Positions 36,772-46,460 of a DNA stretch of 64,000 nucleotides are shown one piece after another. Position 1 is the first letter of the stretch; every line of letters begins with the position of its first letter. Source of the stretch: Gemmatimonadaceae bacterium (lineage in GTDB: Bacteria > Gemmatimonadota > Gemmatimonadetes > Gemmatimonadales > Gemmatimonadaceae); assembly GCA_045803545.1 (NCBI GenBank), contig JBJMOW010000005.1:960001-1024000 (forward strand), written 5' to 3'. Position numbers and translations under genes: made by a program. The notes beneath the pieces were generated by a model, which did not search any database, was not told the origin of the DNA, and saw only the letters and a list, made by a program, of their open reading frames with translations.

Positions 36772-39087
36772 TCAAGCGGCTGTGCGCGGTTGGTATAGAT
36801 ACTTCTGAAAACCCGCGAACACTCTTCCTATCTCTTCGGGTTTGCCCAACTCGGCGACTGCGTCGGCGATTGAGTGGTGGTACTTGAGGTGGAGGAGTGG
36901 GGTGAGCTTGTCGCGATCGAGCTCACGGACCCCTTCGTGAATGTAATGCGAAAGGACGAAGTCTAGAAATCGTTGCTGCTTGTCGGTGAAGTGACTCCTA
37001 ATATCTACCTTCGCCCCATCTGCACGCTCCTGCCGAGTAATCGTGGGTAGGGCATACGCAACGTGTGCTAGGACGTCGAATAGGTCGCTCTTCTCGGCGT
37101 CGATCACGCGTTGCATTTCGGCCATCTGTTCGGCCCCAAACCCCTTTTCCGCAAGGCCGCTCAACAATCTCGAGCGAGTGTCGGGATTACTCCAGATACT
37201 GCGGAGTTCAGCTTCGTCCTTGAAGAATTCCGGAAGCTTCCCGAAAAGCAGTTCGATGAACTGCTGCGCAGACATTGGCGTTCCGTCGGGATGCCAGAAG
37301 GTGGTCACCATCATGTGTTGGATTGTTCTGGCTTTACCGTCTGCAAGCTTCACCTTGATTTTCTTCGGTGGTGGAGGGGGAGCAGGACCTGGCCCCTCCG
37401 GACCAGGGCCTCGCGGCGTTTTAGGTTCGACCGGTTCGGGCTCGATAGGCTCGCCATCCCACTCGGGATCGCTGAAGTGCTGGTGAGCTTTTACAAAATC
37501 GTAGATCGTAAAGTAGTACTTACCGTCGTATAGTCGCGTACCACGGCCGATAATCTGTTTGAATTCCACTATCGAATTGATTGGCCGCATCAGTACGATA
37601 TTCCGAATATTCCTCGCATCGACTCCGGTAGACAGTTTTTGCGAAGTCGTCAGAATCGTAGGAATGGTTTTCTCGTTGTCCTGGAAGTCCCGCAAGTGCT
37701 GCTCGCCAAGTGCCCCGTCGTTGGATGTGACGCGTTCGCAATAGCGAGGATCACTGCTCGCTTTCATTTGGTTGATCAGATCACGAACAGCGAGCGCGTG
37801 ATCCTGAGTAGCGCAGAAGACCAGCGTCTTCTCCTTCTGGTCTATTTGGTCCATCATGATGCGCACTCGCTCTGCTTCACGCGCCTCGATTTCGATCACT
37901 TTGTTAAAGTCGCTCTCCGTGTAGCGCTTACCAGCTTCGATCTCTCCCTCGATCAGATTGTCGTCGGGCGTATAGACGTATTCGTCGAGCGTCGTAGAGA
38001 TCTGCTTCACCTTAAACGGCGTCAGGAAGCCGTCGTTGATCCCCTCTTTTAAGGAGTAGGTGTAGACGGGCTCACCGAAGTAGGCGTAGGTGTCGATGTT
38101 TTCCTGACGCTTCGGGGTCGCCGTGAGGCCAAGCTGCACCGCGGGCGCGAAGTATTCGAGTATCCCACGCCAATTGCTCTCATCGTTGGCACCGCCGCGG
38201 TGGCACTCGTCGATGACGATGAAGTCGAAGAAATCCGGCAGATATTCCCCAAAGTATGGAGATTCCTTCCCGTCCTTCGGCGGACCGCTCATGAAAGTCT
38301 GAAAGATCGTGAAGAACAAGCTCCCGTTTTTCGGCACCTTCCCTTTCTTGCGAATGTCGGCAGGGTCGATACGTACCATCGCGTCTTCCGGAAAAGATGT
38401 AAACGCGTTGTAGGCTTGATCTGCCAGGATGTTTCGATCGGCAAGGAAGAGAATGCGAGGCCGCCGGGATGGCTCACGCGTGAGATTCCAACGACTCTGG
38501 AACAGTTTCCATGCGATCTGAAAAGCGATGAAGGTTTTACCAGTTCCTGTAGCAAGGGTCAGGAGGACGCGCTGCCGGCCGGCGGCGATTGCCTCTAGTA
38601 CTCTGTCAACGGCAATGTCCTGGAAGTACCTAGCTGCGAATGTTCCTCCTTTATCCTCGAACGGGACCGCGTCGAACCGTTCTCGCCAAGGGTTCGCTTT
38701 GGCGAATGTGAGGTTCCATAACTCGTTCGGGCTCGGATAGTTCTCAAGTTTCGCTTCCGTGCCCGTCAGCATATCTACGCCATAGATGGCTTGGCCGTTT
38801 GTCGCGTAGGCGAAACGAACGGCAAGTTTCGCCGCATAGTTTTTGGCTTGCCCCAATCCTTCGGTAAGCATCTTGTCCCAGGCCTTTGCCTCAATGACCG
38901 CAAGCTTGTGGTTGCGGTAGACGAGGATGTAATCGGCACAGAGCGACTTAGAGCGCCGTCCCGACGCCTCGATCCGACCTAGCGTGAACGCATACTCACG
39001 AACGATTCGACTGCCCTCCACCATGCCCCACCCCGCCGCTCTTAGAGCGGGATCTATGACCTCGGCTCTCGTCTCCGTTTCGTTCAT
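36772..39087 (-). CDS. hsdR: type I restriction enzyme R subunit (EcoEI-like)
   Basis: ADY..IEAK nuclease motif, ATGTGKT, IDECHR, GLTATP, QIIGRGTR. Confidence 0.95.
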   Translation of the reverse strand: MNETETRAEVIDPALRAAGWGMVEGSRIVREYAFTLGRIEASGRRSKSLCADYILVYRNHKLAVIEAKAWDKMLTEGLGQAKNYAAKLAVRFAYATNGQAIYGVDMLTGTEAKLENYPSPNELWNLTFAKANPWRERFDAVPFEDKGGTFAARYFQDIAVDRVLEAIAAGRQRVLLTLATGTGKTFIAFQIAWKLFQSRWNLTREPSRRPRILFLADRNILADQAYNAFTSFPEDAMVRIDPADIRKKGKVPKNGSLFFTIFQTFMSGPPKDGKESPYFGEYLPDFFDFIVIDECHRGGANDESNWRGILEYFAPAVQLGLTATPKRQENIDTYAYFGEPVYTYSLKEGINDGFLTPFKVKQISTTLDEYVYTPDDNLIEGEIEAGKRYTESDFNKVIEIEAREAERVRIMMDQIDQKEKTLVFCATQDHALAVRDLINQMKASSDPRYCERVTSNDGALGEQHLRDFQDNEKTIPTILTTSQKLSTGVDARNIRNIVLMRPINSIVEFKQIIGRGTRLYDGKYYFTIYDFVKAHQHFSDPEWDGEPIEPEPVEPKTPRGPGPEGPGPAPPPPPKKIKVKLADGKARTIQHMMVTTFWHPDGTPMSAQQFIELLFGKLPEFFKDEAELRSIWSNPDTRSRLLSGLAEKGFGAEQMAEMQRVIDAEKSDLFDVLAHVAYALPTITRQERADGAKVDIRSHFTDKQQRFLDFVLSHYIHEGVRELDRDKLTPLLHLKYHHSIADAVAELGKPEEIGRVFAGFQKYLYQPRTAA

Positions 39088-39169
39088 CGGTTTGACTTCT
39101 TGAGGGCGCTAAGGAGTGTTTTTAGGGGTGTCCAAAGCAGCGGCATGTGCTCGCTCAATTTGCATTTAA

Positions 39170-40330
39170 CTAGAGCTGGCCAGTGAAAGCTCGATGCAGC
39201 AAGGATTTTTTCAGCGCTCCAAGCGCAGCGAGCTTGGTTTCGTATAGCGCTTCGAGGCGGCGCGTTTTGTGGGACAGTGACTCGATGCTCTCCACGAGAG
39301 TCACTTGCGCTGCTAGAGACTCTGGAATCGGAATCGGAATGGAATTCAACGCTTTTTGGGTCAGCTTTGGCTGAGCAGCGCCTCTGATATACTGGTCAAT
39401 CTGGATGGTCTCCAGGTAAAACTCGACGAATCGCTGGGTCGCGATGTTTTCAAACTTCAGTATGTGCGCATGATTGTTTACCCAATATTTCCCGGATACT
39501 GAAAATGCGATTGGCGTAGCTCTCATCAGCAAGTTTGCACCGTCTTCAGACACTAGTAGGGCATCGCAATCGAAGATGTAGTCGGCAACGCGATCGACGA
39601 TCCCCGAGGCTCCGTAATACGGATACTTGCCCGCTTTGCGCATGTTCCTTGTGATTGGAATTCGCCTGCTGTCCAGGTTAATCGAAACCTGATTTATGGT
39701 CTTTTCGACCCAACCCTCTCCGCGTCGGCGAAACAGCGCGTGAGTGTGACTTTTCAGAATGCTACGTGCGTTTTCAAGGTTCTTTTGAGCAGTGGCCTGA
39801 GCCCCCGCGATGCTCTCGAGTGCGTCTGTCATTGTTTCGACAATTCGCGTCTGCTCTGACAGCGGAGGAACCGGTATCGGCACCTTTCCGAGCTTCTCGC
39901 GGCTTATTCGCTTACGGGTAGTGCCCGTTGCCTCGGCGTCGACTGCCTGGAGGTACTCAGGTGTTCGACAGTATAGATCAAAAAACTCTGGAAGGAGTCG
40001 ACTCCGATCAAAACGAACAATTGTGCAATCGACGGCGGTGATCATGCGCTTGCCTGTATCCGGTACGATGCAGCTTCGACCAATGGGATCGGGCAGTCGG
40101 GAGATAAGGGAGTCGCCTTCGAAGATTTCTGTGCAGCGCAACCTCTTAAATGTCGTCTCCGAGATATGCCGTGCCTTCTCTCCTCGATCCTTAAAAACTC
40201 CCTCCCCTACGTTCCCAGTTTGAACAAGTCGAATTCCCTCTGACGACTGATCCTTGCTCTCCACCCAGTCGCCATCCGTGAAGACTTCACAAAGTTTCGC
40301 GAGTTGAACGGTTGGCCACGAATCATTCAC
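39170..40330 (-). CDS. hsdS: type I R-M specificity subunit
   Basis: Two TRDs with conserved IPVPPLSEQ..IV and LKKSLLHRAFTGQL segments. Confidence 0.95.
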   Translation of the reverse strand: MNDSWPTVQLAKLCEVFTDGDWVESKDQSSEGIRLVQTGNVGEGVFKDRGEKARHISETTFKRLRCTEIFEGDSLISRLPDPIGRSCIVPDTGKRMITAVDCTIVRFDRSRLLPEFFDLYCRTPEYLQAVDAEATGTTRKRISREKLGKVPIPVPPLSEQTRIVETMTDALESIAGAQATAQKNLENARSILKSHTHALFRRRGEGWVEKTINQVSINLDSRRIPITRNMRKAGKYPYYGASGIVDRVADYIFDCDALLVSEDGANLLMRATPIAFSVSGKYWVNNHAHILKFENIATQRFVEFYLETIQIDQYIRGAAQPKLTQKALNSIPIPIPESLAAQVTLVESIESLSHKTRRLEALYETKLAALGALKKSLLHRAFTGQL

Positions 40331-41781
40331 AAGATTGCCTTGATACTCTCGAGCAACTCCGCGCCCTCAGCATCCAAAGAAGCAATCTCGTTGATGATCT
40401 CTTGCGGACTACGATGGACGGCTTCCGGCCCCCTCGTCGGATTCCTGACCGACAAGTCAAAACTTTTCGTGTGAATAGTACTGGCCTCAATTGTCCAGCT
40501 CTTTGGCGAATTGGCAAACACTCGCTGCAGTTCGACAAACTCTGCGAGGTCCTTATCATTCAGCGGATTCGTCTTGCCGAGATTACGACCCGGTTCGAGC
40601 TGGTAGAACCAAATCGTCTTCGTCGGGGCACCCTTCTCGAAGAACAGCACAACCGTCTTCACTCCCGCTCCTTGGAAAGTCCCCGCTGGGCAGTCCAACA
40701 CCGTATGCAGATTGCAGCTTTCAAGCAACAATTTGCGGAGGCTAACGGACGCGTTATCGGTATTCGATAGAAACGTGTTTTTAATTACGAGGCCTGCCCG
40801 CCCTCCCGCTCTGAGAATCTTGATAAAGTGTTGGAGAAAGAGAAATGCCGTCTCTCCAGTACGGATGGGAAAGTTTTGCTGCACCTCCTTCCGTTCCTTC
40901 CCCCCGAATGGCGGGTTAGCCATCACAACTTCGAAGCGGTCCTTCTCCTGAATGTCAGACAGATTCTCGCTAAGGGTGTTTGTGTGCACGATGTTCGGCG
41001 CCTCGATCCCGTGCAGGATCATGTTCATGATCCCGATCACGTAGGCGAGCGGCTTTTTTTCTTTCCCGTAGAATGTGCTTTCCTGGAGCGTCCTCGACTC
41101 CTTCGTAGATAGCCCAGGCTTCCCTTTTAGGTACTCGAAGGACTCGCATAGGAACCCGGCAGAGCCAACGGCTCCGTCATAGATACGCTCACCAATCTTC
41201 GGCTGCACAACCTGCACGATGGCTCGAATCAGCGGACGGGGAGTGTAATACTCTCCGCCATTGCGCCCGGCGTTGCCCATATTTCTGATTTTCGCTTCGT
41301 AGAGGTGCGACAGCTCGTGCTTCTCGGTCTGCGAGCCGAATCTCAACTCGTCGATCTGATCGATGATTTCGCGCAGATTGTAGCCGGAGGTGATCTTGTT
41401 TTTTATCTCCCCGAAGATCTCACCAATCTTGTATTCGATCGTGTTCGGGCCAGTTGCACTCTGCTTAAAGCCGTGGAGATAGGGAAAGAGTTTGCCGTTG
41501 ACAAAATCGCGGAGATCGTCGCCGGTTTGTGCTTTGTTGTGATCGATCTGGCCATCGCTGCCTTTCGGCGCCGCCCAACTTTCCCAGCGGTAATCCTTAT
41601 CAAGAATGAAAGTCTGTTTCTTTCCGTGGAGCTCGGCCTCCAACCGCTTCTCCTGCTCGAGCGCGTCAAGGTATTTCAGGAATAGCAGCCACGATGTCTG
41701 CTCGGTGTAGTCCAACTCGGTCGTGCAGCCTGCTTCTTTCCTTAGGACGTCATCGATGTTCTTGAAGGCTTGCTCGAACAC
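40327..41781 (-). CDS. hsdM: type I R-M N6-adenine methyltransferase
   Basis: GEYYTPR, DGAVGSAGFL, NPPF. Confidence 0.96.
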   Translation of the reverse strand: MFEQAFKNIDDVLRKEAGCTTELDYTEQTSWLLFLKYLDALEQEKRLEAELHGKKQTFILDKDYRWESWAAPKGSDGQIDHNKAQTGDDLRDFVNGKLFPYLHGFKQSATGPNTIEYKIGEIFGEIKNKITSGYNLREIIDQIDELRFGSQTEKHELSHLYEAKIRNMGNAGRNGGEYYTPRPLIRAIVQVVQPKIGERIYDGAVGSAGFLCESFEYLKGKPGLSTKESRTLQESTFYGKEKKPLAYVIGIMNMILHGIEAPNIVHTNTLSENLSDIQEKDRFEVVMANPPFGGKERKEVQQNFPIRTGETAFLFLQHFIKILRAGGRAGLVIKNTFLSNTDNASVSLRKLLLESCNLHTVLDCPAGTFQGAGVKTVVLFFEKGAPTKTIWFYQLEPGRNLGKTNPLNDKDLAEFVELQRVFANSPKSWTIEASTIHTKSFDLSVRNPTRGPEAVHRSPQEIINEIASLDAEGAELLESIKAIL

Positions 41782-41929
41782 TGCAGCGTTGGGATAGAGG
41801 TTAGAGAAGCGGGCGTAGAAGCCCGGCTCCGCAATGGATATTCTACCGTCCCCGACTGGTGCCCAACATCTGTTGGGCCAGGCGAGTGCTGGACCGGAAG
41901 GCTAACCCATTGGTTTATTTAGCGTTGTA

Positions 41930-41974
41930 AATCGGGACGGCGGGATTTGAACCCGCGACCCCCTGAACCCCATT
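41930..41974 (-). repeat. 45-bp direct repeat copy 1: 3' fragment of tRNA-Pro(GGG), att-like site
   Basis: Identical to 45021-45065. Minus strand reads AATGGGGTTCAGGGGGTCGCGGGTTCAAATCCCGCCGTCCCGATT (anticodon loop, T-arm, acceptor 3' strand). Confidence 0.92.
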
Positions 41975-42169
41975 GACCCCAGCACTGTAATTGTAAGTCG
42001 TTGTAATCGCGCGCTTCCCATAGGGGAATATCGACATTTGGGCCAGCAATTCCGTGACTTGCCACGTGAGAATTTCGGAAATATTCGGCTCCGAAGTATT
42101 GATATCAATTCTTTTCACACTGTGAAATACCCAAAGTCGCAACAGGAATATCAAGGCCAAGGTCATGGA

Positions 42170-42490
42170 CTAAAATTTTCGTGCTGTCCGGAGCGGATCT
42201 GCGGGAGGGCGATTGGAAACAGTCAGGCTCTCAGGCGGTGCGTCCCATGGTCGCGCGTATTCTTCGACGCAGCGCATGATTAGATCGTCGTCGAGCCGTG
42301 CAGTTTCGGGAGTGCGGCCGCCAACGTTCTCCATCAAGCTTACTAACGCATCTATGATCTCACCTTGGCCGACTCCCATGCCCTTCGCCACCAGCACGTA
42401 GTGGCGTGCAGCTTCGGTGAGCAACGGTGATGCAGGTTTGTTGCCCTGCGCTCTCTTATACTCTTCGACAAATCGGTCAGCAGCGTTCAT
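42170..42490 (-). CDS. hypothetical small helical protein
   Basis: ATGA-coupled to the upstream ORF; resembles 32518-32808. Confidence 0.6.
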   Translation of the reverse strand: MNAADRFVEEYKRAQGNKPASPLLTEAARHYVLVAKGMGVGQGEIIDALVSLMENVGGRTPETARLDDDLIMRCVEEYARPWDAPPESLTVSNRPPADPLRTARKF

Positions 42491-42723
42491 TTCTCTGCCC
42501 CGCCGTTGCCGTAGGTCCATCCTTCAAGGTCTTTCGGTATTCCAAGCGAGCCTAGATCAATTCCTGATGGAGGTGTGAATGTGTGACCACCAGCAACATC
42601 ATCGGCAGCCATGTGAGCGGAGACGTAGCTACCTAAGTCAGAGTCCTCGAAGAGCACGTGCCATCGGCCTTTTCGCTGAACTATACTGACCACGCCTTTC
42701 GCAGTCTTATAGTAGAAGTACAA
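42487..42723 (-). CDS. hypothetical small protein
   Basis: 78-aa globular-looking ORF (TTG start) coupled to the next gene. Confidence 0.6.
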   Translation of the reverse strand: MYFYYKTAKGVVSIVQRKGRWHVLFEDSDLGSYVSAHMAADDVAGGHTFTPPSGIDLGSLGIPKDLEGWTYGNGGAEK

Positions 42724-42794
42724 TGGTAGAATCCGATTCGAAGTTCGGCGCTCCTCGCTGCAAGAATCGTGGTTCGCCGTGTGCTTCGCTTCTG

Positions 42795-42992
42795 CTACTG
42801 GGACGAAGGCTTTGGCTGGATGGCGGGTTCAAAGAGGGCGTCCGCTTTTCCCCAATGGTGCTCTTGACGGCATGCCGGGCAGTTCACCGGACTCAGTTCA
42901 GCGGGCAAATTTTCGAAGATCGAGCGATCCATTGCGAAACCGGTGAAAACGAGCTTGCCGGTCGCTGGACACTTTATGAAAATTCGATTCAA
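42795..42992 (-). CDS. small zinc-ribbon-like protein
   Basis: IKCP.TGK.V.TG...CPACRQEHHW. Confidence 0.65.
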   Translation of the reverse strand: MNRIFIKCPATGKLVFTGFAMDRSIFENLPAELSPVNCPACRQEHHWGKADALFEPAIQPKPSSQ

Positions 42993-43042
42993 GTGTGTGC
43001 GCGTGAATGCGAGGCTTTTTCACCTGCAAGCGCAGTACCTCC

Positions 43043-43393
43043 TTACCATGCCGGTCCGCACTTCACAACGCGGACGGCGAGCCTGCACCACACCTGTAGG
43101 CGCTCGGCCGAACTCGCCTCCCAATCCTCGGGGACCGGGGCGAGTCGGCGCTTCTCCCCGTTCTCACTTTCGAAACAAAGCCAACCGAGCTCGTAGCCTG
43201 CCGGTACGACAAAGCTGCGTCGAAATGGGTTTAACCTGCGCCGGGTTATTCGCCGTTCGGGCCCGGTGTAAGGCGCGGCTGAGGTACCAACGGCGGCTCT
43301 GCGCTCTTTTTTGCGTCTCTCGGCAGCTGTCGGTAGGACGAGCCAAACCTCCCACCGGCGATTGTCTGAATCCCGGAAATTCCTGTAACCCAT
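43043..43393 (-). CDS. hypothetical Trp-rich small protein (paralog of 43697-43963)
   Basis: YR.F.D...W.VW...GWLCFES..EKRRLAPVP..W. Confidence 0.75.
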   Translation of the reverse strand: MGYRNFRDSDNRRWEVWLVLPTAAERRKKERRAAVGTSAAPYTGPERRITRRRLNPFRRSFVVPAGYELGWLCFESENGEKRRLAPVPEDWEASSAERLQVWCRLAVRVVKCGPAW

Positions 43394-43468
43394 TTCGGCT
43401 GGCCTCCAAGAGCGTCCCAGACAAGACTCTCTGAAGCACAGCCAGTGCCGCTTTCATGCAAACGCACG

Positions 43469-43708
43469 ATGGATAAACGAACTAAGGAACAACGTATCGC
43501 GCAGGCTCGTGCTGAGATAAAAAGGCGCATAGCGCGCGTCTGTCGAACGCTGCCCGAAGCGGAATTCGAGATTCTCTTAGATCGAATGACCGCGATTCAC
43601 TGCAAGTACGACATTTTTCCGCACATACCGGAGATCGCTCAACTGGCCGAGTTGGAGACTGCCATACAAGAGGAATTTCGAGCGTTCAAACGGCAACTAG
43701 GTTCCTGA
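43469..43708 (+). CDS. hypothetical small helical protein
   Basis: 79-aa ORF between the two paralogs. Confidence 0.5.
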   Translation: MDKRTKEQRIAQARAEIKRRIARVCRTLPEAEFEILLDRMTAIHCKYDIFPHIPEIAQLAELETAIQEEFRAFKRQLGS

Positions 43709-43963
43709 CGGAATAATTTTCCCGTTTGACGATGGTTGCGGTCGCGTTGGTGAAGCCGTTTTCAAAAGCGCGCGCAACCTTGCATCGGAAAAGCTTTCCC
43801 AGTTTTTGGGAATCGGTGCGAGACGTTTACGCTCGTTGCTCGATTCGAAAGTGAGCCAACCCTTTTCAAATCCTTTGGAGAGAATCTTTCCTACTGTGGG
43901 TAGAGTCGCCCAAACTCTCCAAAGAACTTCAGCGGAATCAAGAAATTCTCTGTAAGGCATCAC
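43697..43963 (-). CDS. hypothetical Trp-rich small protein (paralog of 43043-43393)
   Basis: YREF.D...WRVW...GWLTFES..ERKRLAPIP..W. Confidence 0.75.
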   Translation of the reverse strand: MMPYREFLDSAEVLWRVWATLPTVGKILSKGFEKGWLTFESSNERKRLAPIPKNWESFSDARLRALLKTASPTRPQPSSNGKIIPSGT

Positions 43964-44087
43964 GCGATCCTGTGGTTTCGATTATAGCGCTCAATCCGTA
44001 GATCTACAGCGTCTTCCGCTGTTCGGTCCTTAGAAACCGGATAGAAACTTGGCGGCTCGCCCGGGCCTGCCGTCCTGCACAAGTGGA

Positions 44088-44879
44088 TCAGCTACCCGTA
44101 ATAACCGTGTCGCGTTTGTACGGCGCCGTCACTCTCAGCATTCCGTCGACCTCGCACCTATCGGCGAGGGCTGTTATCGTAAGCTCGTTCCTGGCGCCTG
44201 TGCGCGGCGGATTCAATTCAGTGTCCTCTGGCGACTCCACAACCGCGTCCGGGTTTGCCAGTGCCTCGATGTATTCGCATGCGAGCCGACGGGCTTCTGT
44301 TTCTTGCGCCTTGTCACCAACCCCGAGATCGGATCGACGGCACTTGACCGAGCAACTCGTCTGCTTCCCGTTGACCTTGCGGAAAATGTGCAGAATCTCG
44401 CCACGTCGAAACTCGCCGACGCGAACGGTGAACTCGGGGTGAAGCGGGTGCTTGATCCGCTGAACGGACCAAGTCTCTTCGGTTTCGTCTTCATTTGTTC
44501 TCCTTGAGATGGTGTGATCTAGCAATGCTTCGGACGGTGGCGTTGCTTGGAACGGACTTCGTGCGCGCTGGCCTTCCCCGACCACCGGGCGGCTGTGGGG
44601 AGGGAGGTCCTGGCGGCGGATGCGCGGCGCGTTGGTGCGACCTGCGTTAGCGATCTTGCCGCGTTTGACGAGGTTGCCCAGATAATCAGCGGTGTAGCCT
44701 GAGGCGCGGGCCGCTTCTGTGAGCGAAAGAGTTTCGGCGGCGAACAACGCTTGCGCGCGTTCAAGCTCGACGGCGGCGATGTCCCAGAGTCGGGCGCAAG
44801 CAGCATCGCCGAAACTGCGAAGGGTCTCCGCTCGCTCTCTCCAAAGAGCGGGCAAGTCGCCAGGAATGATTTTGTTCAT
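44088..44879 (-). pseudogene. excisionase-like HTH gene read through into a frameshifted, truncated integrase-like N-terminus
   Basis: LSLTEAARASGYTADYLGNLVKRG HTH; internal AAGGAG+ATG at 44494 is out of frame by one base; no recombinase catalytic domain. Confidence 0.55.
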
Positions 44880-44971
44880 ACGTCGCCAGTACAGCGAACT
44901 GCTCTTAACGAATGGCGACGGCAGCCCCAAAGTATTGCTAAAATTGCGGAACCGTAGCGGGGCTGGAAAAG

Positions 44972-45006
44972 CAAAAAACCCGCACGAGCGTAACTCGTTG
45001 CGAGTT
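44972..45006 (-). terminator. intrinsic terminator downstream of the tRNA 3' fragment
   Basis: Minus strand AACTCGCAACGAGTTACGCTCGTGCGGGTTTTTT: hairpin plus T6. Confidence 0.6.
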
Positions 45007-45020
45007 GAAGCATTTATATC

Positions 45021-45074
45021 AATCGGGACGGCGGGATTTGAACCCGCGACCCCCTGAACCCCATTCAGGTGCGC
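45021..45074 (-). repeat. direct repeat copy 2: longer 3' fragment of tRNA-Pro(GGG) lacking the 5' acceptor strand and D-loop
   Basis: Minus strand GCGCACCTGAATGGGGTTCAGG...GTCCCGA gives a full anticodon arm; the upstream sequence cannot pair with the acceptor 3' strand. Confidence 0.88.
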
Positions 45075-45120
45075 GGCTCAGTCGCGGAAAATCGGAAGAA
45101 GGCCGAATGCCTAACCAACG

Positions 45121-46437
45121 TCAGGCAGAAACGGCTGCTCTCAAAACCGTGCCACGCTCAGGTGTGCGGACCTCCCAGTCACCCTCTTGGGCAAGCGTTG
45201 CAAATAGCTTTGCGAAATCAGCACTGCGAAGAAGTGCGTCACAGATGGCTGGATCGAATTGCGTGGCTCTGAAGCGAAGCAATTCTTTGCGCACAGACTG
45301 CGCATCAAGCGCGGCGCGATAGGGACGATCGGTCGTCATCGCATCAATCGTATCCGCGAACATTATGATGCGAGAGCCAAGCGGAATTGCGTCACCCTTC
45401 AGGCCATCAGGGTAACCCGTGCCGTCCCAGTTTTCGTGATGGTGACGAATGAGCGGCACGACGTCTCTCAGTTCTGTGACCTTGGATGCGAGTTCTGCGC
45501 TCTTGACTGGATGCGTACGCATAATGACTTGCTCTTCCGGCGTCAGTCGCCCTGGCTTGCTGAGGATTGGGCCGAACACTTCATGGATTTTGCCTACGTC
45601 GTGCAAGAGCGCGGCGGCAACAATCCGCTCGATTTCGCGCGTGCTCAATCCGAATGACTTCGCGATGACTCGAGCCTTGTCAGCGACACGCCGAGAGTGT
45701 CCCGACGTATACGGGTCCCTGGCCTCTATTGCGGCAACCATTAACTCGAGCAACTCTCGATTCGTTTGTTCGAGTTGGCCTGTCACCTTGTAAAGCTGGC
45801 GCAAACCGAACAAAGGAATCGCAAAGACGAATACCCCAACTGGGCCGAATTTCGAATAGGTCCAGACAATCAGGAGAATGGCGGGCAGCGAAAGAAAATC
45901 ATATGGCAGAGCACGGAACGTGTTCTCTTTCCAAATCGCCCACACGCTTCTATCACCAACGATGCCGAGAGCCCCGCTAACGCAAATGGTATTCGTCATA
46001 AAGAAGACGAGGAACAGAGCGAACAGCGAGGGAGAACTGGATTCGGCGACACTGTGGAGCGGGACGCCGCCTATTGCAAGGTAGGTTAGAATCGCGAGCG
46101 ACATCCCGAGAGTTTGCTGTGCCGCATTGAAGACCGCGCGGATCGCTTCTCGCTTGGCAATCATCTGCCCGGCGAGCGAAGCTACGGCGACGACGGCGAC
46201 TGTTAGCCAGTGTGGCGCAATTGCCGCGCTCGCAAGCACAGGAATAAAAGACACCGACCCGAGAGAGCCATGACCGGTGCGGTAGGCGAAGAGATTCGTC
46301 AAAACTCCGACGAAGCCGAACGTCAACGCTGCCTGAGCAAAGGGCAACGCGAACGAGGGATCTCTCACAAACACGGCTACGCCTCCGCCGACAGCGGCGA
46401 TGCAAACTAGGAGAACGTAGCGGGCAATTCTGCTCAT
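45121..46437 (-). CDS. multi-TM (MASE9-like) membrane sensor fused to HD-GYP phosphodiesterase
   Basis: About 7 hydrophobic helices, then RDPYTSGHS, LHDVGK, HHENWDGTGYP, RPYR. Confidence 0.9.
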   Translation of the reverse strand: MSRIARYVLLVCIAAVGGGVAVFVRDPSFALPFAQAALTFGFVGVLTNLFAYRTGHGSLGSVSFIPVLASAAIAPHWLTVAVVAVASLAGQMIAKREAIRAVFNAAQQTLGMSLAILTYLAIGGVPLHSVAESSSPSLFALFLVFFMTNTICVSGALGIVGDRSVWAIWKENTFRALPYDFLSLPAILLIVWTYSKFGPVGVFVFAIPLFGLRQLYKVTGQLEQTNRELLELMVAAIEARDPYTSGHSRRVADKARVIAKSFGLSTREIERIVAAALLHDVGKIHEVFGPILSKPGRLTPEEQVIMRTHPVKSAELASKVTELRDVVPLIRHHHENWDGTGYPDGLKGDAIPLGSRIIMFADTIDAMTTDRPYRAALDAQSVRKELLRFRATQFDPAICDALLRSADFAKLFATLAQEGDWEVRTPERGTVLRAAVSA

Positions 46438-46460
46438 AATTGGAAAACCCCCGTACTCGG

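Larger units (their letters stand above)
34600..45074. mobile_element. composite genomic/defence island associated with tRNA-Pro att remnants (left edge approximate)
   Basis: Visibly AT-richer; TA-chaperone operon, type I R-M, two tRNA 3' fragments, xis/int remnant. Confidence 0.7.

Noticed and set aside
45021..45100. Intact tRNA-Pro gene
   Set aside because: The 5' acceptor strand (expected CGGGACG-like) and the D-loop are absent; only the 3' ~52 nt match.
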